NCBI GenBank assembly: GCA_963828165.1
Contig: CAWHDR010000001.1
Span: 2,016,001-2,080,000 of the forward strand
Direction: 5' to 3'
From: an uncultured Chloroflexia bacterium
Lineage (GTDB): Bacteria > Chloroflexota > Limnocylindria > Limnocylindrales > CSP1-4
Length of the DNA stretch: 64,000 nt
The notes below the pieces were generated by a model. That model was not told the origin of the DNA, made no database searches, and was given only the letters and a program-made list of their open reading frames with translations. Positions 18,860 to 28,519 of this stretch are shown here, in pieces. The translations under genes were made by a program, and so were the position numbers. The stretch's first letter is position 1. Every line of letters begins with the position of its first letter.

Positions 18860-19806
18860 CCGCCGCGCCCGTCCCGGTCCCGACCGTCATCGACCGACCC
18901 CGCGGCCGAACGGGTCAGGCGCGACACTTCCTGGGCCGGCTGCTCGGCCGCAGGGATTCGGCGGTGGGCGTGGCGCTCATGCTGGTGTTCACCGTCGCCG
19001 CGCTGATTCCGACGATCCTCGTCGGGCCGCTCGAGACCGCGGTGACCGCGACCGGCCCGCGGCTGGCCCCACCGAGCGCCGGCTATCCGCTGGGCACCGA
19101 CGAGCTGGGTCGAAGCATGCTGAACCTGACCGTCCATGCCACCCGGGTTTCCATGGTCATCGGGCTATTGGCCACGGTCGTGACCGTGTTCGTCGGCGCC
19201 GTCGTCGGGATCGTCGCCGGGTTCGTCGGGGGCCGCCTCGATGCCGTGCTCATGCGGATCGCCGACCTGTTCCTCGTGATCCCGACCTTCGTCCTGGCCA
19301 TCATCCTGACGTCCCTCATCCGCGACGCCCTGGGTGGCGCCACGACCGAGTTCTTCGGGATCCGGGTCGGGCTCCTGGTGATCGTCGTCGTCATCGGGAT
19401 CACGTCGTGGTCGTCGACGGCGCGCATCCTCCGCTCGGAGACGCTGTCGCTGAAGCAGCGCGCGTTCGTGGACCGGGCACGGGTGATCGGGGCGGGCCCC
19501 GGTCACATCATGCGCCGGCACCTCCTGCCGAACGTCGTGAACCTGATCGTCGCGAACGCGGTCCTCGTCTTCGCGGGGGCCGTGCTGACCGAGACGACCC
19601 TGTCGTTCGTCGGCCTGGGTGATCCACTCCAGCCCTCGTGGGGCCAGCTGCTCGATGCGGCACGGGAGGTCGGGGCGCCCGGCCTCGGAGCGTGGTGGTA
19701 TTTCGTGCCGCCCGGCGTCTGCATCGTCCTCGTCGTCTTCGCGTTCACGCTCGTGGGCGGGGCGCTCGACGACATCCTCAACCCGAAGCGGCGACATCGC
19801 CGATGA
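18856..19806 (+). CDS. Peptide ABC permease (DppC/OppC)
   Basis: PLGTDELGRS, RHLLPNV, LSFVGLG, SWGQLL; ATGA overlap. Confidence 0.95.
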   Translation: MTAAPVPVPTVIDRPRGRTGQARHFLGRLLGRRDSAVGVALMLVFTVAALIPTILVGPLETAVTATGPRLAPPSAGYPLGTDELGRSMLNLTVHATRVSMVIGLLATVVTVFVGAVVGIVAGFVGGRLDAVLMRIADLFLVIPTFVLAIILTSLIRDALGGATTEFFGIRVGLLVIVVVIGITSWSSTARILRSETLSLKQRAFVDRARVIGAGPGHIMRRHLLPNVVNLIVANAVLVFAGAVLTETTLSFVGLGDPLQPSWGQLLDAAREVGAPGLGAWWYFVPPGVCIVLVVFAFTLVGGALDDILNPKRRHRR

Positions 19807-21035
19807 CCGTCCTCGAGGACGGTGCGTCGATCGCGGAGCCGGGCGGCGGCGTTGGCAGCGCCGCGGACCGCGCCGCAGACCGCGCCGCGATCCGCGCGAG
19901 ACGGCCGTGGCCACTGCCGAAGCAGGCGATCCCGGATGCCCCGCTCCTCGAGGTTGACGACCTCACCGTGCATTTCAGCTTGCCGAACGGCCGCGTAGAG
20001 GCGGTCCGTGGGGTCAGCTTCGCCATGAACGACGGCGAGGCACTCGGGATCGCCGGCGAGTCGGGCTGCGGCAAGACGACGATGGCGCTGTCGCTCGTGC
20101 GCCTGCTGCCGGAGAACGGGCGAGTGGTCAGCGGCAGTGTCAGGCTCTTTGGCATCGACCTCGTACCGAAGACCGAGCGCCAGCTCCTGCGCTACCGCTG
20201 GCGCGAGATCGCGATCGTGTTCCAGGGCGCGATGAATGCGCTCAACCCGGTGCGCCGCGTCCGCGACCAGATCGCCGAGCCCATCGAGCTTCGCCTCGGC
20301 CTCCCGCGCGACGCGTCCCGGGCGCGCGCCGGAGAGTTGCTCGAGCTCGTCGGGATACCCAGCAAGCGTGGTGGCGCCTATCCCCACGAGCTGTCGGGTG
20401 GCATGCGCCAGCGGGTGATGATCGCGATGGCCCTGGCCTGTGACCCGGCGCTCGTCATCGGCGACGAGCCAACGACGGCGCTCGACGTGATGGTCCAGGC
20501 GCAGATCCTCGAGCTCCTCGAACAGCTCCGTCGCGAGCTTGGGTTGTCGCAGTTGCTCATCACGCACGACCTGTCGGTCATCGCCGAGACCTGCGATCGC
20601 GTCTTGGTGATGTATGCGGGCAAGGTGGCCGAGGAAGGGCCGGTCCAACGCGTGTTCGCGGCGCCCCGCCATCCGTACACGCAGAAGCTGCTGTCGTCAT
20701 TCCCGAACTTGCGCGCGGACCGGCGAACCCTCGACGTCATCCCGGGCGCGCCGCCGGATCTGCGCAATCCCCCGGTCGGCTGCCCATTCGCGCCGCGATG
20801 CCCGGCGGTGATGCCGGTATGCACGGAGGTGATGCCGCCAGAAGTCCACTTCGCGGACGGCGTCCGGGTGGCCTGTCATCTCTACCCGCCTGAGACCGAG
20901 GGCGCCTTGGCGGCTCCCGTGGTGGTCGCCGAGCCCCTGCCGCTGGAAGCCGCACCGGTGCCCGAGGCCGGGCCGCCGGTGGGTGCGGGTACGGCGGCCG
21001 CGGACCGCGAGGGCATCCCCGAGGGGGCGCCATGA
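19803..21035 (+). CDS. Peptide ABC ATPase (DppD/OppD)
   Basis: [40 protein letters not shown]. Confidence 0.95.
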   Translation: MTVLEDGASIAEPGGGVGSAADRAADRAAIRARRPWPLPKQAIPDAPLLEVDDLTVHFSLPNGRVEAVRGVSFAMNDGEALGIAGESGCGKTTMALSLVRLLPENGRVVSGSVRLFGIDLVPKTERQLLRYRWREIAIVFQGAMNALNPVRRVRDQIAEPIELRLGLPRDASRARAGELLELVGIPSKRGGAYPHELSGGMRQRVMIAMALACDPALVIGDEPTTALDVMVQAQILELLEQLRRELGLSQLLITHDLSVIAETCDRVLVMYAGKVAEEGPVQRVFAAPRHPYTQKLLSSFPNLRADRRTLDVIPGAPPDLRNPPVGCPFAPRCPAVMPVCTEVMPPEVHFADGVRVACHLYPPETEGALAAPVVVAEPLPLEAAPVPEAGPPVGAGTAAADREGIPEGAP

Positions 21036-22108
21036 GCGAGATCCTGCGACTCGAGGGGCTCGAGGTGCATTTCCGCGTGGGCGGCGGGCTGCTGGATTCG
21101 ATCGCCCGGCGACCGCCCGCCTTCGTGCGCGCCGTGGACGGGATCGATCTGACACTCGAGAAGGGCGAGGTCCTCGCGCTGGTCGGCGAGTCGGGGAGTG
21201 GCAAGACCACGACCGGCCGGGTGATCGTGAAGCTGACGCCCCAGACGAGCGGGCGGATCACGTTCGACGGACAGGATGTCAGCACGCTGTGGGGGACGCG
21301 CGAGCTCCGGGACTACCGACGGCGCGTCCAGCTGATCTTCCAGGATCCATACGAGACGTTGAACCCGCGGCAGACGATCCTTGATTTCGTGCGCGAACCC
21401 CTGGTCGTCAATCGGCTCGGCTTCGATCGCGCCGAGCGGGATCGGCGGGCGCTGGAGGCGCTCGACGCGGCGGGCCTTCGGCCGGCCGCGGAGTACGGGC
21501 ACCGCTATCCACACGAGCTGTCAGGGGGCCAGCGCCAGCGGGTCGTGATCGCCGGCGCGCTCGTCATGGGGCCGGAGCTGATCGTGGCCGACGAGCCCGT
21601 CTCGATGCTGGACGTCTCGATCCGCACCGAGCTCCTGCGCCTGATGCTGGAGCTGCGTCGCGAACGCGGGCTGACCTATTTGTTCATCACCCACGATCTG
21701 TCCCTGGCCTGGGTGATCGCCGACCGGATCGCCGTGATGTACCTGGGCAAGATCATGGAGATCGGCCCGGCCGAGTCCGTCATCCGCGACCCGCGCAACC
21801 CCTATACGCAGGCACTCGTATCCGTATCGCCATCGCCCGATCCGCCGACGGTCGGCGAACGGGCCCAGCGGACGATCCTCAAGGGTGAGACGCCGGACGC
21901 GGCGCACATCCCGGTCGGCTGCCGCTTCAACCCGCGCTGCCCCAAGGTCTTCGACCGATGCCTGGTCGAGGAGCCGCCGCTCATCGACGTGGGCGGCGGC
22001 CAGGCGGCGGCATGCTGGCTGGCCGAGCCCGGGATGGCGGATGGCGGGCGTGCCCTGCCGATGGCGGGCGCCGTGGTTCAGGCGACGACCGCGGAGCCCG
22101 CAACGTGA
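21032..22108 (+). CDS. Peptide ABC ATPase (DppF/OppF)
   Basis: GESGSGKT, IFQDPY, LSGGQRQR, DEPVSMLD, GCRFNPRC. Confidence 0.95.
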   Translation: MSEILRLEGLEVHFRVGGGLLDSIARRPPAFVRAVDGIDLTLEKGEVLALVGESGSGKTTTGRVIVKLTPQTSGRITFDGQDVSTLWGTRELRDYRRRVQLIFQDPYETLNPRQTILDFVREPLVVNRLGFDRAERDRRALEALDAAGLRPAAEYGHRYPHELSGGQRQRVVIAGALVMGPELIVADEPVSMLDVSIRTELLRLMLELRRERGLTYLFITHDLSLAWVIADRIAVMYLGKIMEIGPAESVIRDPRNPYTQALVSVSPSPDPPTVGERAQRTILKGETPDAAHIPVGCRFNPRCPKVFDRCLVEEPPLIDVGGGQAAACWLAEPGMADGGRALPMAGAVVQATTAEPAT

Positions 22109-22677
22109 CCGACCCGTTCGCTGCCGACGCCGAGGCCCTCGTTGCGCTCGACCTGCCGACGATCGAGGGCCTGCTGGCGGCGGGCGCGACGGCCGTCTCG
22201 GCCGAGATCGCCGGCCTGGGCGCCGCCGCGGCCTGGCGCCCTGCCCCCGGCGAGTGGTGCGCCAACGAATGCGTCGGCCACCTCATCGAGGCCGAGCGCC
22301 GCGGGTTCGCCGGGCGGATCCGCCGCATCGTCGACGCGACGAAGGGCGACGAACCGCATCTGCCGCCCGACCTCGAAGCGTGGGATCCACCCGCGGTCGC
22401 TACCGCTCGCCGGGACGACCTCCGCGACCCCGCCGAGCTGGTCGACGAGTTCGTGGCGCTTCGGGCGGACGGCGTGGCCCTGGTCCGGACGCTGTCCGTG
22501 GACGACCTTCATCGCACTGGCGTGCATCCCGATGTCGGGCCGCTCCGTGTGGACGAGCTCCTCGGCGAGTGGGTCCATCACGACCGCAACCACATCCGCC
22601 AGCTCCTGGCAGTGACGCAGGCTCGCGTCTGGGGTCAGATGGGCAACGCCCGCCGGTTCAGCCTCGACGAGGAGTGA
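22105..22677 (+). CDS. DinB family protein
   Basis: GEWCANECVGHL and HDRNHIRQ metal-binding His pattern; GTGA overlap with the upstream ATPase. Confidence 0.82.
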   Translation: MTDPFAADAEALVALDLPTIEGLLAAGATAVSAEIAGLGAAAAWRPAPGEWCANECVGHLIEAERRGFAGRIRRIVDATKGDEPHLPPDLEAWDPPAVATARRDDLRDPAELVDEFVALRADGVALVRTLSVDDLHRTGVHPDVGPLRVDELLGEWVHHDRNHIRQLLAVTQARVWGQMGNARRFSLDEE

Positions 22678-22720
22678 CGAGCAGTCCCGGTACGACCGCG
22701 GCGAGCCCCGGTGCCGGAGC

Positions 22721-23383
22721 CTAGTCCAGCGCCTCCTCGTCCCCGCCGTCGATGACGCGATAGATCCCCCAGCCGAGCACGGAACCCACGATCGGGGCGA
22801 CGATGTAGACCCACAGCGAGGTGAGGTCCCCCCCGACCAGCGCGGAGCCCAGCGAGCGTGCTGGATTGACCGATGCGCCCGTGAGCGGGGCGGACGCGAA
22901 GTGGATCGCGACGAGGGTGAGCGGGATCGCGAGCGGAGCGAGCCGGGGCGCACGCTTGGTCGAGGCCAGGATGACCGCCACGAAGGCGGCCGTCAGCACC
23001 GTCTCCAGGATGAGGGCGCCGATCTCGGTGACGCCGTTGCCGGGCTTGGTGACGCCAGCAGCGACCGACGCCTGACCGACGACCGCCAGCACGAGCGCGG
23101 CCGCTCCGATGGCACCGATCACCTGCGCCACGATGTAGCCGACCGCATCCATCGGGAGCAACCGCCGGTCGATGACCATCGCCACGGTGACCGCGGGATT
23201 GAAGTGCCCGCCGGAGATGTGCCCCACGGCGAAGATCGCCGCAAGGAGACCGAGGCTGAACGAGAACGGCACGACGAGCAGCCCCGGGGCGTCTGCGGCC
23301 ATGAACGAAGCCACCGACGCATAGCCGATCGTGAGGAACAGGAACGTACCGACCAGCTCGGCCAGGTACTTGCGGGTCGACAT
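22721..23383 (-). CDS. MIP family channel (aquaporin)
   Basis: AELVGTF, ISGGHFNPAVT and ASVNPARSLG (two NPA motifs). Confidence 0.96.
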   Translation of the reverse strand: MSTRKYLAELVGTFLFLTIGYASVASFMAADAPGLLVVPFSFSLGLLAAIFAVGHISGGHFNPAVTVAMVIDRRLLPMDAVGYIVAQVIGAIGAAALVLAVVGQASVAAGVTKPGNGVTEIGALILETVLTAAFVAVILASTKRAPRLAPLAIPLTLVAIHFASAPLTGASVNPARSLGSALVGGDLTSLWVYIVAPIVGSVLGWGIYRVIDGGDEEALD

Positions 23384-23443
23384 GGTCCCTCCTGTGGTTC
23401 GAGCGGTCGCAAGCGACCGTCTGGGCACGCCGATGCTACCCGG

Positions 23444-24064
23444 TCAGTCCACCGTCGCGCGAGCTGCCCGCAGCAGGAGTGCGTCGCCCCAGGCTCGGCA
23501 CAGGACCTCGATGAGCTCGAGCCGATCGACCGCGGCGACGAGGTCCCGACCGACCGCGACCGCGCCGTGCCGCTCGAGCAGGACGGCGTTCGCGTATGGC
23601 TCCGGCCCGTCGGTCATGGCCGTCACGATCCGTTCGGCGAGGTCGGCGCTACCCATCTCGCCAAAGCGCACGAACGGGAGGCGCGGGATGAACAGGGCCG
23701 TCTCGGGGAGGACATTCGGATCGGGGATCTCGCCGGCGAGGGTCAAGGCGATCGAGGCCGGCAGATGGGCATGCACGACCGCACCCATGTCCGGCCGGCC
23801 AGCGTGGACGGCGAGATGGATCGCCAGGTCCGAGGAGGGCGCCAGGCCCGACGCCGAGCGTGCTTCACGGTCCATCCGTTCGAGCGGCACGACGACGATG
23901 TCATCGGCCCCGAGCTCGTCCTTGCGCCGCCCGCTCGGTGTGATCGCGAGTCGTTCATCGTCGAGCCGGACCGAAAGGTTGCCCTCACCGGCCGAGATGA
24001 GGCCGCGCGCACCGAGCCGACGCCCAGCCGCGAGGATGGCATCGGTCGCATGAGCCAGATCCAT
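23444..24064 (-). CDS. Class II aldolase/adducin family protein
   Basis: GNLSVR, ITPSG, PSSDLAIH, VVHAH, LERHG. Confidence 0.9.
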   Translation of the reverse strand: MDLAHATDAILAAGRRLGARGLISAGEGNLSVRLDDERLAITPSGRRKDELGADDIVVVPLERMDREARSASGLAPSSDLAIHLAVHAGRPDMGAVVHAHLPASIALTLAGEIPDPNVLPETALFIPRLPFVRFGEMGSADLAERIVTAMTDGPEPYANAVLLERHGAVAVGRDLVAAVDRLELIEVLCRAWGDALLLRAARATVD

Positions 24065-24195
24065 CCGCGGATGCTACGGCAGCGGCATCGACGGCGACCC
24101 GATCACGGCCAGCGATGTGGGCGATACCACGATCGAATCATCCGTTGATGGACCCGTCGTCGCCTACCTGAAGCCCCTCGCGGCGTAACCCGCGG

Positions 24196-24333
24196 TTAGG
24201 CGACGGCGTCGAGCGCGACGAACGGATCCGGCGCGATCTCGGCGGCGATGCCGCAGCCATCGCAGGTGACGAGCGTCAGCGCCTCGTCCGCCGTGGCCTC
24301 GCCCGCGCAGAGCGGGCAATCGATCGTGATCAT
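24196..24333 (-). CDS. 45-aa zinc-ribbon microprotein (absent from the ORF track)
   Basis: Translates MITIDCPLCAGEATADEALTLVTCDGCGIAAEIAPDPFVALDAVA*; CPLC and CDGC pairs; AAGGAG RBS. Confidence 0.75.
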   Translation of the reverse strand: MITIDCPLCAGEATADEALTLVTCDGCGIAAEIAPDPFVALDAVA

Positions 24334-24361
24334 CAGTTGGACTCCTTCTGCCGGTTGGCTT

Positions 24362-24390
24362 GACACGGAGTCTCGGAGCGGGGTGTGACA
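24362..24390 (-). promoter_or_regulatory. ECF sigma (ECF41-like) promoter
   Basis: TGTCACA-N16-CGTGTC on the minus strand upstream of the microprotein. Confidence 0.5.
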
Positions 24391-24391
24391 G

Positions 24392-24982
24392 CTAGCGTGT
24401 CACGCCGTAGCGGAAGCAGCCCGGCAGGTGATCGTCGACGAGGCCCACGCTCTGCATGAAGGCGTAGACGATCGTCGAGCCGACGAACCGGAAGCCGCGC
24501 CGCTTCAGGTCGGCCGACAGCGCGTCCGAGACCGGGGTCGTGGCCGGGATGTCGCCCACCGTCGCGGAGCCGGGCATCCGCGCCGGTGGGGACGGGACCA
24601 TCGAATCGAGATACGCATCGAACGACCCGAATTCCTCTGCCGTGGCCAGGAACGCCGCCGCATTGCCGATCGTTGCGTCGATCTTGGCGCGATTGCGGAC
24701 GATCCCGGCGTCGGCCATGAGGCGCGCTCGGTCGCCATCGTCGAAGGCAGCCACGACTTGCGGATCGAACCCGCGGAACGCCTCCCGGAAGGCATCGCGC
24801 TTGTTGAGGATCGTCGACCACGACAGCCCGGCCTGGAACGACTCCAGGGCGAGCCGCTCGAAGAGCTCGATGTCGTCGTGCGTCGGTACGCCCCATTCAT
24901 CGTCGTGGTAGGCGACCATGCGCGGATCCGCCCCGGCACCGGCCGCATCCGACCACCAGCAGCGTTGGAGCCCGTCGGTCAT
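24392..24982 (-). CDS. tag: DNA-3-methyladenine glycosylase I
   Basis: RCWW, YHDDEWG, LESFQAGLSW, IVRNRAKI, GFRFVGST, DDHLPGC. Confidence 0.96.
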   Translation of the reverse strand: MTDGLQRCWWSDAAGAGADPRMVAYHDDEWGVPTHDDIELFERLALESFQAGLSWSTILNKRDAFREAFRGFDPQVVAAFDDGDRARLMADAGIVRNRAKIDATIGNAAAFLATAEEFGSFDAYLDSMVPSPPARMPGSATVGDIPATTPVSDALSADLKRRGFRFVGSTIVYAFMQSVGLVDDHLPGCFRYGVTR

Positions 24983-24992
24983 GCCGGGATGG

Positions 24993-26357
24993 TCACGGCA
25001 CCGGCTTGAGATCGAACAGCGTGCTCCGCATCGACGGATCGTCAGCGGGTCGATTGGCGTTGAACACGGAGCGGAACACCGAACCCGACACCTTCCGGGT
25101 CCCGAGGGACCCGATCAACGTCACGCTGATCAGTCGCCCCGACACGCCCCGGTCGCGCAGGTCCAGCGCGGCGATCGTCCCGACGTTCGTTCGGCTGTCG
25201 CGGCCGAACATCGTGGAGAGCTGTGTCCGCGTGTAGGTCCGCGTCTTCCACGTTGCGTAGGGTGAACCGGCGTCGTACGCGGTCCCGTCCGCGCGGCGAT
25301 CGCCCGATCCGCGCAGATAGCTCACCGGTCCCGCGACCTTCGCCCCGGTCGGGCTGACGTAGACGTTCTCGTTGTGCTCCGTGGCGCCGCCCCCGGTGGA
25401 GTGGAACAGCGTGTTCGCGATGGTCGAGCCACTCTTGAGGACGACGCCGGCGGTGGCCTTGATCGCCGCAGTCGTGGTCGCCTTCTCACCGAGGACCCCG
25501 AGGTAGATCTGCGAGGTCGAGTCGTCGTCCACGTCGAAGTACGAAGCGCCCGGTCGCAGCCGTCGGGCCGCGTAGGAGCGCGCGGCGATCGATTGCGCCT
25601 TCAGCGCTTCCGCCGGCCAGGTCGACGGCATCTCGGACGGCACGACGCCCTGCAGGTAGCCCTCGAGCGAGCGCTCGTTCGTCGCGCTGGCCAACGCTTC
25701 CGTATTCTTCAGCCCGACGCGCATGGTCCCGCGGTACTGGTCGTAGGACGAGGTTCGCGAGGCGACCTGGAAAAGCGTGTTCGTGGTCAGGCCACGCAGC
25801 CGGAACGACTTGATGGCACCCGCCCGGAGGATCGTTCCGTCCGGCGCGCTGACCTTGACGCGCCACGCCACCGTCGTGCCCGAGGCCGACTTCGTGATCG
25901 TGGGCCGGATCTCCATGCGCGAATCCTTCGGGTAGAGCGTCGCGCTGCCATCGAAGCGCCATTCCCCTCGGCGCCCGTAGAGCACGAGTGGCCGGGTCGC
26001 CGTCGCCTTGAAGTCCCGCAGCACGCGCACCCGGATCTGGGTGTCGAGCGCGACCGATCCAGGCGTAGCGCCCCGGTAGTAATGGGCAAGGATCTCGGCC
26101 GATGTCGCGCCGTCGAGCGCCCGGCCGCGTGCGCCGTGCTGACTCATCCCCACGCCGTGACCGTAGCCGCGCCCATGGATGGTGACCGTGGATCCTACGG
26201 CCGTCGTGCCGGCCGGGACGGAGGCCGTTGCGAGCGTCGGTCCTGCGGCCTGGACCGGGGCAGGGGGCGCCGCGGGGACGATGGTGCAGATCGCCAGGAG
26301 CGCCACGGCGATGGGCATCGACGGGCGAACTCGCGATCGATCCTGGGCGAACGGCAT
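24993..26357 (-). CDS. SpoIID/LytB domain lytic transglycosylase-like secreted protein
   Basis: GRGYGHGVGMSQHGA, YLQGVVPSEMPSTW, ALKAQSIAARSY, FHSTGGG. Start uncertain. Confidence 0.9.
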   Translation of the reverse strand: MPFAQDRSRVRPSMPIAVALLAICTIVPAAPPAPVQAAGPTLATASVPAGTTAVGSTVTIHGRGYGHGVGMSQHGARGRALDGATSAEILAHYYRGATPGSVALDTQIRVRVLRDFKATATRPLVLYGRRGEWRFDGSATLYPKDSRMEIRPTITKSASGTTVAWRVKVSAPDGTILRAGAIKSFRLRGLTTNTLFQVASRTSSYDQYRGTMRVGLKNTEALASATNERSLEGYLQGVVPSEMPSTWPAEALKAQSIAARSYAARRLRPGASYFDVDDDSTSQIYLGVLGEKATTTAAIKATAGVVLKSGSTIANTLFHSTGGGATEHNENVYVSPTGAKVAGPVSYLRGSGDRRADGTAYDAGSPYATWKTRTYTRTQLSTMFGRDSRTNVGTIAALDLRDRGVSGRLISVTLIGSLGTRKVSGSVFRSVFNANRPADDPSMRSTLFDLKPVP

Positions 26358-26473
26358 ACGGTCCCTTCTGCGGCGGGGACGAAGCATGCCCGGTGCATCC
26401 TGTCGACGGCCATGGGCCCAAGGGGCCACGGCGCGGCCAGTCGATGGGCCTACCGGACGGCTACGCTGTCGAT

Positions 26474-27019
26474 ATGGAACTCCATTGTTTTCTGGGCCAC
26501 GGGGCGTCGGGGTCGGCGGCCAGCATGACACCGTACGTCAACGGGCTGCATGCCCGTGGGATCGCCGCGACCGCGATCGACCTGCCACGTCGGCGCGCCG
26601 AAGAGGCCATCCCGGCCTTCCATTTGGTCGTGCCGCGCGAGCCGACGGTCGTCGTGGGTGGCCAGTCCTTCGGCGGTCGGGTCGCCAGCCTGGCGGCGGC
26701 CGAACCCGAGGCGCCGTACGCCGCGCTCGTGCTGTTCAGCTATCCCCTCCATCCGCCCGGCTCACCCGAGAAGGCCGAGGCCCGGACGAGCCACTGGCCG
26801 CGGATCCGCTGCCCGGTGCTGCTTTTGTCGGGCGAATCGGACCCGTTCGCGAAGCTCGACCTGTTGCGCGCCGCGGTCCCGACCTTGGGTGGACCGGCCG
26901 AGCTCGTCACCTACCCGAAACTGGGCCACGGCCTGATGCCCGTGCTCGACGACGTGCTCGATCGCGTCGCGGCGTTCCTGGCCGCCAACCCTCACGTTTC
27001 GTCCGACCCCTTGCCCTGA
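26474..27019 (+). CDS. Alpha/beta hydrolase (KANL3/Tex30-like)
   Basis: GHGA, GGQSFGGR, SYPLHPPG, GESDPF, GH. Confidence 0.87.
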   Translation: MELHCFLGHGASGSAASMTPYVNGLHARGIAATAIDLPRRRAEEAIPAFHLVVPREPTVVVGGQSFGGRVASLAAAEPEAPYAALVLFSYPLHPPGSPEKAEARTSHWPRIRCPVLLLSGESDPFAKLDLLRAAVPTLGGPAELVTYPKLGHGLMPVLDDVLDRVAAFLAANPHVSSDPLP

Positions 27020-27201
27020 CCGTTCGAGCGCCCTATGGTGGGCGACCTCCGGGGGGGCCGGCGCCCACCGTGCCCGCCTGGACGATCCGCGTCGCTGCCG
27101 GAGTCCCCAGCCGGCGGGCCCCCAAGCCCGTCCAACGCTCCGGCCCGACCGAGCCGACGTTCGATGCGCTCACCGCATCGACGCGGTAGGGAGGAGCCAC
27201 A

Positions 27202-28041
27202 TTGCGAGTCTTGTCCGGCCGCCGTAGCGCGGTCCTCGTCGTCGCACTTGCGACGATCCTCGTCCTCACGGCATCGGGCTCTGCGGCCCTCGCCGCGAAG
27301 TCCCCGCCCGGTCTGGCCAAGTTCAAGGCCGCCATCGGCCGGATCGAGTCCGGCGGCAGGTACACCGCGCGGAACCCCAAATCCGGCGCGTATGGCAAGT
27401 ACCAGATCATGCCGGCGAACTGGCCGTCGTGGGCGCGCCAGTACCTCGGCAACGCGAATGCTCGCCCGACCCCGGCGAACCAGGAGAAGGTCGCCTCGGG
27501 CAAGATGAGCTCGCTCTACCGCTGGCTCGGCAGCTGGAAGCGGGTCGCTTACTGGTGGCTGACCGGTTCGTCCCGGACGACGGGATGGTCCAGTTACGCG
27601 AAGCGCTATGTCGCCACGGTCATGCGCTATTACCGCGCGGCCGGTGGCAAGGCCGCCCCGAAGGCTGCCCGCTGGGTCGCGAGCGAACGCTCCAAGGCCA
27701 TCGACTTCAGCGGGACGTGGCGGAGCGCCAGGCATCGCGGCTACGGCGGCGATCGCGTCATCTACGCGACGTCGGCCGGCGCCAGCGCGACGTTCACGTT
27801 CGTCGGCAGAAAGGTCGCATGGAGCGGCCCGACGGGCCCGACGCGCGGCAAGGCCAAGGTCTACATCGACGGGAAGTACGCCAAGACGGTGAACATGAAC
27901 CGCCGGTCCTTCGACCCCCGAGCGACCCTGTTCCAGGCCAGCTGGAAGTCAGCCGGCGAGCACAGCCTCAAGATCGTCGTCCTCGGCACCAAGGGCCACC
28001 CGATGGTCGCGATCGACGACTTCGTCGTCCTGAAGAAATAA
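27202..28041 (+). CDS. Secreted lytic transglycosylase (SLT-like) with C-terminal beta-sandwich
   Basis: Signal peptide; IESGG...SGAYGKYQIMPANW lysozyme-like motif; GPTRGKAKVYIDG domain; GGAGG RBS with TTG start. Confidence 0.8.
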   Translation: MRVLSGRRSAVLVVALATILVLTASGSAALAAKSPPGLAKFKAAIGRIESGGRYTARNPKSGAYGKYQIMPANWPSWARQYLGNANARPTPANQEKVASGKMSSLYRWLGSWKRVAYWWLTGSSRTTGWSSYAKRYVATVMRYYRAAGGKAAPKAARWVASERSKAIDFSGTWRSARHRGYGGDRVIYATSAGASATFTFVGRKVAWSGPTGPTRGKAKVYIDGKYAKTVNMNRRSFDPRATLFQASWKSAGEHSLKIVVLGTKGHPMVAIDDFVVLKK

Positions 28042-28066
28042 CCCCTCCGGGACTGGCGGCGCGGCG

Positions 28067-28447
28067 TCAGCGCGCCGCCAGGACCTCGATCTCGATGCGG
28101 TAGTCGGCGGCGAGGGCGGTCACGCCCACGGTCGCCCGGGTCGGTGGCTCGGTCGGGAAGTACTCGCGATAGACGTCGTTCATCGCCGCGAACTCGCTGA
28201 AGTCGCGCAGATAGACCGTGCACTTCACGACGTCCCCGAAGCCCAGCCCGACTGCCTCGAGCAGCCGGCCGACGTTATCGAGCATGGCGCGGGTCTCCGC
28301 GGCGATGCCGCCAGGGACGGCGCCGTGGGTCCCGGGCGCGTCGCCGACTTGCCCTGCCAGGAACACGAACCCGTTGGCCTCGACGACCTGTGAGAACGGA
28401 TAGTCGCTCGGCGGGATGCCAGGGAGCTGTGGGACGGTCTTGGGCAC
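28067..28447 (-). CDS. RidA family enamine/imine deaminase
   Basis: PFSQ, FLAGQ, VVKCTVYL, MNDVY, PTRATV (conserved Arg), IEIE. Confidence 0.94.
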   Translation of the reverse strand: MPKTVPQLPGIPPSDYPFSQVVEANGFVFLAGQVGDAPGTHGAVPGGIAAETRAMLDNVGRLLEAVGLGFGDVVKCTVYLRDFSEFAAMNDVYREYFPTEPPTRATVGVTALAADYRIEIEVLAAR

Positions 28448-28479
28448 GAAGCACCTCCTTGGTCAGAGTGTGCCGCACG

Positions 28480-28512
28480 GACGAGCCGCAGACGAGCCGC
28501 AGACGAGCCGCA
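28480..28512 (+). repeat. Tandem repeat, 3 x GACGAGCCGCA
   Basis: Three perfect 11-bp copies starting at 28480, 28491 and 28502, intergenic. Confidence 0.9.
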
Positions 28513-28519
28513 TGCGGCG

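Noticed and set aside
17215-19806. 863-aa ORF and other long alternative-frame or antisense ORFs (e.g. 11604-13613, 36890-39124, 47796-49646)
   Set aside because: Arg/Pro/Gly-rich shadow ORFs expected at high GC, overlapping well-supported genes. Only the 3' part from 18856 is the real permease.
28480-28512. CRISPR array
   Set aside because: 11-bp units with no spacers and no cas genes.
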